From a virus (lineage: Duplodnaviria; Caudoviricetes): a stretch of DNA of 34,550 nt. Under the pieces are notes generated by a model. The model made no database searches. It was not told the origin of the DNA and saw only the letters and a list, made by a program, of their open reading frames with translations. Shown here piece after piece: positions 1 through 7,871 of this stretch. The DNA lies in IMG/VR virus record IMGVR_UViG_3300044723_009708, positions 1 to 34,550 of that record. One strand, given 5' to 3'. The translations under genes were made by a program, and so were the position numbers. Numbering within the stretch: the first letter of the stretch is position 1; every line of letters begins with the position of its first letter.

Positions 1-1737
1 ACTAGATGTATCATATGCAATTACTTGGTCTTGTTGGGGACTAGAGATAACTACATCAGTTAATCCGCTTAAAGTCTGTGACCCTGCTTGCTGTTTTACA
101 AAAGCAGTAGTAGCTATACTAGTATCATTACTAGCTGTTGCGGGGGTAGGAGCTTTAGGCGTTCCGGTAAAAGTAGGAGAAGATATTGAAGACTTTAATG
201 CTAGACTTTGTGTTATTGAAGACGCAAAATTTTCATTATCGTTAATTGCTGATGCTAATTCATTTAAAGTATTTAAGGTGCCAGGGGCTCCATCTATTAA
301 ACTATCTATCTGGTTATTTACAAAAGATTGAGTAGCAAAAGTACTTAAGTCAGGAAATGTCATTGCAAAAACACCTGTGTTGGTATTATATGCTAAAGAT
401 CCTGCCCCTGCTGGAGTAGTATTAATCACTGATAAATCTGTTCGATCTATTTTTAAGTTATTTAATACATAAGTATCTACGGCCGAAGTACTAAATAAAA
501 ATATTTCACTTGTACTTGTTGCTATTCCTATTTTTATAGTAGTACTGCTTTTTGTTTGTGTTATTCCTCCAGTACTAGTTAAATAAACAAGACCGTCAGA
601 AGTTAAGCCCGTAAAACCGTTTATTAATCCATGTACAACTACAGGTACACTACTTGGGCCGCTAGCACTTCCTGCAGAAATTCCTACAAAAGCTTCCGTA
701 CCATTAGTTGAGTTTACTGCTCCTACTGTTCCATTTGAAAATAATTTTACCGGGTCTAAAAAAGCTACTTGACCAGATACTTGAAAACTTACTTCAAGGC
801 TTTCTGTAGCATTTTTTGCAAATCTTTCTTCTATAAGGGTATTAGCAAAATTTGCAGGAATCTCGTTATCTTCTGTTCCTATAGAACTATTTAAAGGTAA
901 AAGAACCCCTCCACTTGCAGTTGAAGATAAAGAAGCCTCTCCAATTGTAATCGTATTTCCAGAGAAAAAAGCATCTTTTACATAAAGTTCATTAAAAGCT
1001 TGACTTTGACTTCCTAAATTAACATTATAATAACTTGCTGTTTGTACATTGGGAGCTTCTCCAAATGTAAATGTTCCTGCTGAAGCTAAACCTGTGGGAA
1101 GTACGCTCCCGTCTAAATATAGAGTATTCCAAGCATTAGAATTATTTCCTAAATTTTTACTTACTCCTGTTTTTGGAGTTAAATCTACATTTAAACTTTG
1201 TAGTTCTGTTTGTACCCAATTACTGTGTACAAAATACTGACTATTATCCCCCAGTGGAATAGATACTCCGCCACTTAACTGTATAGGCCCCGTAAAAGTA
1301 CCCCCAGAAATAGACATTTTACTAGCAACAGCGCTACTTGCAGTAGCTCCTGCAGTATTTGCAGCACCTTGTGCAGTACCTATTTTTAAATCTAACTCAT
1401 GTACAAAATGTTTGAGTTCTTTCTCTAACCCTACAATACCATGTTTTAGAGAAATAAAATTTCCATCAATTTCTGGTATTGTAAGTAGTTCTTCGTTTGG
1501 TTTATGAGGAACAGAAGTAGTTTGATTATTTATATACTCATAAGATTGGTCTGTAACTTTTGTAACAACAGCTACATTTTCACTAACTCTCGACTCCCAC
1601 TCTCCAGTACTATAAGTTCCCCCCGTTTTATTATAAACATACTGAACTCCATTCCGTAAAACTGGAATGGAGTATTGATCAGCAGGGTCTACATAAGCAG
1701 GTACTGGAAGAGAAGGAGATGTACGAGAATGAGCCAT
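1..1737 (-). CDS. Tail fibre protein (partial, 579 codons visible, runs off the left end; missing from the ORF track)
   Basis: Hand translation from ATG at 1737 (MAHSRTSPSLPVPAYVDP...) stays open to position 1. Contains LTIPEIDGNFISL (fibre N-terminal motif), two LG-x4-W/F-x2-LY motifs, and the P2 gpH-like fibre motif APGTLNTLNELASAINDNENFASSITQSLALK...SPTFTGTPKAPTP...IATTAFVK. Confidence 0.9.
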   Translation of the reverse strand, partial: MAHSRTSPSLPVPAYVDPADQYSIPVLRNGVQYVYNKTGGTYSTGEWESRVSENVAVVTKVTDQSYEYINNQTTSVPHKPNEELLTIPEIDGNFISLKHGIVGLEKELKHFVHELDLKIGTAQGAANTAGATASSAVASKMSISGGTFTGPIQLSGGVSIPLGDNSQYFVHSNWVQTELQSLNVDLTPKTGVSKNLGNNSNAWNTLYLDGSVLPTGLASAGTFTFGEAPNVQTASYYNVNLGSQSQAFNELYVKDAFFSGNTITIGEASLSSTASGGVLLPLNSSIGTEDNEIPANFANTLIEERFAKNATESLEVSFQVSGQVAFLDPVKLFSNGTVGAVNSTNGTEAFVGISAGSASGPSSVPVVVHGLINGFTGLTSDGLVYLTSTGGITQTKSSTTIKIGIATSTSEIFLFSTSAVDTYVLNNLKIDRTDLSVINTTPAGAGSLAYNTNTGVFAMTFPDLSTFATQSFVNNQIDSLIDGAPGTLNTLNELASAINDNENFASSITQSLALKSSISSPTFTGTPKAPTPATASNDTSIATTAFVKQQAGSQTLSGLTDVVISSPQQDQVIAYDTSS

Positions 1738-1742
1738 CTAAT

Positions 1743-3803
1743 CTACGATCCTGCAGTAGTACTATCCTGTAGCTGTACAGACCAAGTAATTTGCAAAGTA
1801 TCTGCAGTTGCCTTGTTTACAGGGTCAAAAGTAGTTCTACAAAGCATAGTTTGAGTAATAGGACCTTGAGTAAATCCGTATGCATGAGCTGAAATACTTT
1901 TACCTTGAGAAGTCAAAACTCCATCTGTAGGGCCAATGTCAACATCTCCATTTGCTGTAAGAGTAAGCTGAGTCCCGCTCGAGGGATCTGATATTCCGGT
2001 TCGAGTGTCAATATGAGCCAGCTCACTTACAACAGAATCAGTTGGAGTAGTATAAGGACGATCAGCAACATCAAAAATACCTAAATCTTGCGCATGCTTA
2101 TTAAAGATTCCTGCTTCAGTAATGGGGTATACTCGATTTTGAGGAGCTCTGGAATTATTATCCGCAGTTTGATGAATCTTTTTATAATCTACTTCAGGAC
2201 GAGGATTATTCTCTTTAAAAGTAGCAACATATACAATTCTATCGCCGTTTTTCTTTGCGCCAGCAACCGCATTTGGTGCATAAGAAGCTGCAGGATTATA
2301 CTTTACAAAATCTTTAACAGAAGTATTATATCGAGCAATAGCTTGAGAGCCCGTTCCAGTTACTGTTAACCCGCCAATTTGAGCATAATCATTTTCGTCT
2401 TCGGGGTACCCTTCTGGTAGTGCATTTTTACTGTCTGCAATAATACTAGAGCCTACCAAGGCTCCTTGGAAGATACCATCTACTGCGGTTCCAAATTGAA
2501 CAAATTCCGAGCCTCGTGTAGTTGGGTTATTTTGAGTAGACCCTGCTGCAATAACTCCAGTTGTTCCTGCAGGCTTGTCCTCTTCTGCGCCTAAGAAAGG
2601 AAATCTTGCTATAGCAGAGGCATCCGTACTAGTACTACCATCTAAAACTGCAAAACCTGCTTCATCTACCGTGGTAGATACGCCTGTCAGTGCAAACCCT
2701 GAAGTTATTGGTAAGCCATTTCCATCTGTATAAAGTAGCTCGATATTATATTCAATTTCTCTTTCATAAAAAGCACCAATTTGGCCTCGAGTAATACCCA
2801 GCATGCCCTTTCCATTTTCTTTATAAGGATTAGTGGCGCTATATGTTAAACCTCGCCTTTGAGCTGCCCCAAAAGGCCCCATAATAAAAGTACTTCCTGT
2901 AGCTGTACTAGTTCCGTTTGGTTGAAAAAGAGACTTTACACCTTCAGTTGTAGGGTGATTCGGCATCAAAGCATTAGTGCTATAAGTAGTCAGAGGAATA
3001 CGATTTACATAGTCTATGTCAACATTGATTTTCGTAGAGTTGCTTGCAGGGGTATGACTTCCTGGAAGTGCTCCACTCAAAGTAATTTTACTAGCAGAAG
3101 AGCTTTCTGTAATTCCTGTTTCGATAGATTCAATTTTTAAAGGGCTAGCGAGCTGGGCTGCAGAAGCAGTAGAGTCAGGAGTAGTACCATCACTTGTAGC
3201 CGCAATGCCACTAATTTGTAGGCCTACACGAAGTTTACTTAAGGTACTTGGGCTTCCTCCACTTCCTGTCTCAAATCGAATAACACTTTTTCCATTTTCT
3301 GTAACGTGCATAGTAACTGCAGCACTATTTGCATCAGTTGCTTGCGCAAATGCTTGATTTTCTAAAGTAGCATAGTCATCAGCAAGAGTAGTATCTTTCA
3401 TTAACTGAACTCGAAACCCTCTTTCGTCTTGAAGCATTCTATCATAAGACGCAGGAACTGCTGCTCTTTTTCTAGAAGTTACTGTAGGAGCGGTACCAAC
3501 ATTAAATCCCGTATCAATTTGCCCGGGAATATTATTGGGTAGCGCATCAAAGTCCGTGCTTTCGTAAGTATTTTGATCGCTTCGAGCTGCAGCTCCGATT
3601 CCGATTGCCATATGGCTCATCATTCGGGGCATTTTATGTAAGCCTCCACGATCTTGCCCATCATCAATCATTCGACCAATGATATGAGCGATACCTGCAC
3701 GAGTTACTTTATTTCGTATAGTTTTATGTTGCTTTACTTTTCCGTCTGCATCACGAAGGACTAGGTTCACAACACCTTTTAATCGACAATCGTCTAAATA
3801 CAT
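1743..3803 (-). CDS. Tail collar/fibre-attachment-like structural protein, 686 aa, with large insertions
   Basis: Motifs RNKVTRAG, SHMAIGIG, IVYVATF, ITEAGIFN and MLCRTTF..VNK...DTLQITWSV resemble small phage collar-fibre (DUF3751-like) proteins; strong RBS AAAGGAG upstream of the ATG. Confidence 0.7.
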   Translation of the reverse strand: MYLDDCRLKGVVNLVLRDADGKVKQHKTIRNKVTRAGIAHIIGRMIDDGQDRGGLHKMPRMMSHMAIGIGAAARSDQNTYESTDFDALPNNIPGQIDTGFNVGTAPTVTSRKRAAVPASYDRMLQDERGFRVQLMKDTTLADDYATLENQAFAQATDANSAAVTMHVTENGKSVIRFETGSGGSPSTLSKLRVGLQISGIAATSDGTTPDSTASAAQLASPLKIESIETGITESSSASKITLSGALPGSHTPASNSTKINVDIDYVNRIPLTTYSTNALMPNHPTTEGVKSLFQPNGTSTATGSTFIMGPFGAAQRRGLTYSATNPYKENGKGMLGITRGQIGAFYEREIEYNIELLYTDGNGLPITSGFALTGVSTTVDEAGFAVLDGSTSTDASAIARFPFLGAEEDKPAGTTGVIAAGSTQNNPTTRGSEFVQFGTAVDGIFQGALVGSSIIADSKNALPEGYPEDENDYAQIGGLTVTGTGSQAIARYNTSVKDFVKYNPAASYAPNAVAGAKKNGDRIVYVATFKENNPRPEVDYKKIHQTADNNSRAPQNRVYPITEAGIFNKHAQDLGIFDVADRPYTTPTDSVVSELAHIDTRTGISDPSSGTQLTLTANGDVDIGPTDGVLTSQGKSISAHAYGFTQGPITQTMLCRTTFDPVNKATADTLQITWSVQLQDSTTAGS

Positions 3804-3815
3804 TTAATTTCTCCT

Positions 3816-6680
3816 TTAAAATTGGCGTGACCTGCCAGGGGGTATTGCGGCAACATATGGTTGTAAAAAATATGGGCCTTTTGTATACTCTTCATCTCTA
3901 ATAAAGGCGACTCCTTTTTCAGAGACTTGAATATTGTTATCAATACTTCTTCTTGGGAGGTATTTCTTTCGCACTAAATCTTGTGCGGTGAGACCTAATT
4001 CATGTATAACTTTATTCATGTCCCAAGGGTTAAAATTATCATTTGTTGTAAAAGTAGACCTTTTTATAACAATACTTGCAGGAGTGGTTAAAAAGAAATC
4101 TTTTAAATCTCCAATTGTTTTTAAAGGCTTTTCTACATCTTTTATGACTTCTTCATCATTTACATTTACTCTGTCGCTTCTGATGCCTTTTCCTGCATTA
4201 AATGCGAAAAGAACATCATTTACAAGTGCTTTATTTGCTATAATTTTTGCTCTTGCTCTTTGTATTAGAACTTGTTTTATTGCGGCAGGGTCTGTAGATA
4301 TAGGTTTAGTTACGTCTTTTACAACTTCTTCGTCATCTACTAAAATTTTGTCTCTTCTGAAAGCAGGCCTGAAAGTAAAAAACACATCTCCACCTCCCCC
4401 TGCGTCTCTATCTCTGCTTATTATTCCTACTACTTCTCCATGAAGTAAAGAGTTTGCAGTTACTAATCTTACATCTTTTGTGGTACTTTTTGATACATGG
4501 TGTATAATTTTTTCAATATCTTTTTCAAGTGTTCCAGCATCTAAAGTTGCTTTATCTAGTAGTTCAAACTTTCTTAATATATCTATAAAACTTTTCAATA
4601 AAACTCTATCACTTTCTACTGGCGCTGCTTTTGTAGGAAGTACAGTATTTACCCTAAAGACTCCATTATCAGTAAATAAAGATTTTATTGAGTCAAAAGT
4701 TCGTCTATGAGAAAAATCTATATTATTTGATATAGGTTTTGTTACATCTTTTGCTTTAGTACTTTTTAGCAGCGCTCTGTCTGATTCTATTCTGGATTTG
4801 ACCGGAGTAAATATAAAATCTTTTAAATCAAATATCTCAAACAAAGCTCTGTTCATCTTGAAAAATTCAGTATCCGAAATGCTAACATTATTTAACGCAG
4901 GCTTTACAGCTTTCTTTTCTTTTTTTGTAATTGTTGCTACTCGCTCGCCTTTAATAATTGTTTCTGCAGGAGAATCAATAAGATGACTAAAGCTCTCAAT
5001 ATTTTCCGATCTTTTTCCTATGCCTATATTTTTATCATGCTTGTCTAAAAGGTTTACTTTTTGATTCGATAGTGTAGTAGTTATTTTCAATCTTTGTTGA
5101 TCAGAACTAAATAGTCTTGCAAATAATAAAGCTGCTTTTGGAGTAAGTACGTGCTCTTTTTGTAACAGCAGTTGTTCTAGTAATTTTTTTCCTATTTTAT
5201 CTGGGTGCTTTTCGTCATCAATTTTAAATGCCTGCGGCTTTAAAGTTATAGACTGCATAAAAGTCAATGCTTCTTCAAAGTCTATTTTTTGTACTGAAAG
5301 TACTTTTCCTTTTGGAACGAGAACTTCTGTTATAACACTTAATAATTCTTTTGGTCGTTGAAAAGATTTTTTCTTTATTTCTTTTATTTCAGAAACGGTT
5401 TTTACTAGCTGTCCTTTGAAGTCTTGTACTCTTGCGTTTTCTATTTTTGCTAAGACTGTGTTATTTTCTGCAGTTAATGTATGCAAGGGAGCATTTAAGT
5501 TTTGAGTAAAACTGAACCCTCCTGTTTGTCTGGTCATTCCCGCATATTTAGTTAAATTAGGATTTCCTGAGTCAAAAACTTCTAAAAATTTTATATCCCC
5601 CAAGTTAATATCGCTTAGAGGAGTGCCTGTATCTTTACTATATTCTAAAGGACTTGCTGCATATATTAACGGCCCTGTGTAAGAAAAATTAACTCCGCCC
5701 ACAAAAATTGGAGAACTTTGCGAAGCAAATACTTTATAGTATCCTGGCATCCACCAATAAACATAAGACCCTGTTGAAGTATTATGCAAACTTTTAATCT
5801 CTGGCATGTACTTATCCCAGTCATACCAGTCATTTATAAAATTTGACCATATTGGTGTTAAACTATTGCCTTGAGTACTGGGAGTAAAAAAGTTCTGAGA
5901 AGATTCGTCATTCGGAACAAAATAAGGGCCAAAATAATAAAACTGATTGCCGAAAGGCCCACTACTACTAAAAGTTCCGTTACTTCTATACTGATATTCC
6001 CAACGCTTCCATTTTGAATTTTCTAAAGGCCAAGTATTACTTGTATACCCACTACCAAAATCTGCACTAGGCTTTAGGCCTTGCTGCAAATGATTTACAC
6101 CTCCTTGAGATATAGGATGCGACATTGCAATTGCTATATCTGCAAGAGGGAATCTTGTAGCGCCCTGTATTCCCCTGTGCATAATTAATTTTTGGTCTTT
6201 AGCAATATAGTCAATTGCATTTATAATTTCTTTATACTTTCTATCCGCTGAAAGATCTTCTAGATTATCACTAATTTTAAATATATCTGCTACTGCTTTT
6301 TCTTGTTCGAGTGTAAATCTTGAAATAGCCTCTATTGATTCTTGTTTAAGAGTAAAAAATCTTGTTTCAAATATATCTTTTATTTTTACAAATGATAGTA
6401 GTTTCTTTGACTGTACTCTAGTTAATACTTCTGTAAGCGTTACAGTATTTGTAATCTCTTCTTTTAGTACTATAAAGATATCTAATACTACATCAAAAAG
6501 ACCTGCAGTATTTGAAGCTACATTAAACAAAAGAGGCGCATTGCCTCCATCTACTCCTGAAACTATAGGGTCATTTGATAAAGCAGTAGATCCTATTCTT
6601 AACCCGTTTGTAGTAATATTTTGAAATCTAGGATCGTCTTTTGCCTGCGCTAATAATACTTTTATATCAAAATCAGCCAT
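3816..6680 (-). CDS. 954 aa virion structural protein with degenerate K/D/E/I-rich repeats and an aromatic-rich inserted domain
   Basis: Long ORF inside the tail fibre module; repeated KDVTKP/KDVEKP/KDIEK and ESDRxLLKS motifs; C-terminal Y..GPYF.QPYV..R.F. Confidence 0.7.
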   Translation of the reverse strand: MADFDIKVLLAQAKDDPRFQNITTNGLRIGSTALSNDPIVSGVDGGNAPLLFNVASNTAGLFDVVLDIFIVLKEEITNTVTLTEVLTRVQSKKLLSFVKIKDIFETRFFTLKQESIEAISRFTLEQEKAVADIFKISDNLEDLSADRKYKEIINAIDYIAKDQKLIMHRGIQGATRFPLADIAIAMSHPISQGGVNHLQQGLKPSADFGSGYTSNTWPLENSKWKRWEYQYRSNGTFSSSGPFGNQFYYFGPYFVPNDESSQNFFTPSTQGNSLTPIWSNFINDWYDWDKYMPEIKSLHNTSTGSYVYWWMPGYYKVFASQSSPIFVGGVNFSYTGPLIYAASPLEYSKDTGTPLSDINLGDIKFLEVFDSGNPNLTKYAGMTRQTGGFSFTQNLNAPLHTLTAENNTVLAKIENARVQDFKGQLVKTVSEIKEIKKKSFQRPKELLSVITEVLVPKGKVLSVQKIDFEEALTFMQSITLKPQAFKIDDEKHPDKIGKKLLEQLLLQKEHVLTPKAALLFARLFSSDQQRLKITTTLSNQKVNLLDKHDKNIGIGKRSENIESFSHLIDSPAETIIKGERVATITKKEKKAVKPALNNVSISDTEFFKMNRALFEIFDLKDFIFTPVKSRIESDRALLKSTKAKDVTKPISNNIDFSHRRTFDSIKSLFTDNGVFRVNTVLPTKAAPVESDRVLLKSFIDILRKFELLDKATLDAGTLEKDIEKIIHHVSKSTTKDVRLVTANSLLHGEVVGIISRDRDAGGGGDVFFTFRPAFRRDKILVDDEEVVKDVTKPISTDPAAIKQVLIQRARAKIIANKALVNDVLFAFNAGKGIRSDRVNVNDEEVIKDVEKPLKTIGDLKDFFLTTPASIVIKRSTFTTNDNFNPWDMNKVIHELGLTAQDLVRKKYLPRRSIDNNIQVSEKGVAFIRDEEYTKGPYFLQPYVAAIPPGRSRQF

Positions 6681-6681
6681 T

Positions 6682-6864
6682 TTAGATCACTATATTTATT
6701 TGATTTGACTGTACCTCTTTTAACTTAGGAGAGTCTTCTATTATAGAAAATAATATTGCAATATTGCTTTTCCTAGTGCTCAAATCTGGAGTTGTTAAAG
6801 TTGCTTTTTTTAATACAGGAGAGTTGCCTGCATTTGCTCCAAAGAGTATCAAACTTTTTTTCAC
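6682..6864 (-). CDS. Hypothetical 60 aa protein
   Basis: Fills the gap exactly: GTG start overlaps the upstream stop (GTGA) and its stop lies 1 nt before the next ATG. No recognisable motif. Confidence 0.5.
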   Translation of the reverse strand: MKKSLILFGANAGNSPVLKKATLTTPDLSTRKSNIAILFSIIEDSPKLKEVQSNQINIVI

Positions 6865-7208
6865 GATCCAAAATCATCTCGGACTTTTATATCAATCAAC
6901 TCAAAAACACTCATGACTTCTCCGTTTGCAAGAGTAAACTCAATCTCTGCTTCATAAAATCCTTCCTCAGGACCGGAGCCGCTCGAAGGTGCTAAAAAAG
7001 TAGAAAGAGGAAAGACCAAAAGCCCTGCTGCTAGATTAGAAGAAACTGTGTCTAAAGGAATAGTTGTTAGTATTGCAGTAGTAGCTTTTTTACGGACACG
7101 TAAATTTATGGTGCCAGACCCTACAAAAGCCTCTCCAGTATCTGATCGAGTTACAGTCGCTTTAAGCTGCGGTCCGGTATCTCCTTTTACTACTTGAATT
7201 ATATCCAT
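6861..7208 (-). CDS. BppU N-terminal-like baseplate/fibre adaptor protein, 115 aa
   Basis: VKGDTGPQL...GFYEAEIEFT...IKVRDDF pattern typical of BppU_N-like Ig-fold adaptors; first gene after a promoter. Confidence 0.7.
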   Translation of the reverse strand: MDIIQVVKGDTGPQLKATVTRSDTGEAFVGSGTINLRVRKKATTAILTTIPLDTVSSNLAAGLLVFPLSTFLAPSSGSGPEEGFYEAEIEFTLANGEVMSVFELIDIKVRDDFGS

Positions 7209-7255
7209 TTATTTTAACGTACTCCTAGAGGAGGCTTTTATTATAAGTTAAAATG

Positions 7256-7296
7256 ATTATATCAATCCTCACATGAAATGTCAAGAGTTATTTTTT
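7256..7296 (-). promoter_or_regulatory. Perfect consensus sigma70 promoter driving the fibre/collar module
   Basis: Minus strand TTGACA (7284-7279), 17 nt spacer, TATAAT (7261-7256), preceded by an A-tract (UP-like); intergenic. Confidence 0.92.
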
Positions 7297-7301
7297 AGTG
7301 G

Positions 7302-7871
7302 TTATATAAAATCTGGTCCGGAGTACCATTGTACTAAAGAGTATCTAACTCCTTTTGTTACCGGAAATACTTTATGTCTTAAAGAAGACCCAAAAACTAT
7401 TATTGTGCCCCGTACTTTTGCTCCAGAGTGCCAACTAAAAATTTCATTTTCATTCCAGTAGTCTCTAATATGAAAATCTCCTCCTTCATAAGAAGTAGGA
7501 TCAGAAAGTTGAACAGTAACAGAAAGTTTTCTCTGAAGGGAGTGCGCTACATGACAATCTCTGTGCCAGTCGTAGTGCTCATCTTTTTCATAGATAGAAA
7601 ACTGAGGGGCCTCTCTACTTGTTAATTGAAAAAACCAATTATTTAACATATTTGCTCTATATACATAATTAAATAAAAGATTATCTATCCAGCCATTTTT
7701 AGCTAACCAAGCAATATTCCCCTTTCTCATGTTTTCATCTATAGTGTTATCATTATTTATAGTTCCTTGTATTTTAGTCTGGGCCAGACCTTCAGTTATA
7801 ATTGCATTACAAATATCTAAAGATAACTCTCCTTCCCATAAAGAGAAGGGAGTATTTATTAATTGTTTCAT
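7302..7871 (-). CDS. 2OG-Fe(II) oxygenase (prolyl-hydroxylase/PKHD-like), 189 aa
   Basis: HxD (YDWHRD), RKLSVTVQLSDP..YEGGDF, distal His (RHKVFPV) and 2OG-binding Arg (GVRYSLVQW). Confidence 0.92.
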   Translation of the reverse strand: MKQLINTPFSLWEGELSLDICNAIITEGLAQTKIQGTINNDNTIDENMRKGNIAWLAKNGWIDNLLFNYVYRANMLNNWFFQLTSREAPQFSIYEKDEHYDWHRDCHVAHSLQRKLSVTVQLSDPTSYEGGDFHIRDYWNENEIFSWHSGAKVRGTIIVFGSSLRHKVFPVTKGVRYSLVQWYSGPDFI

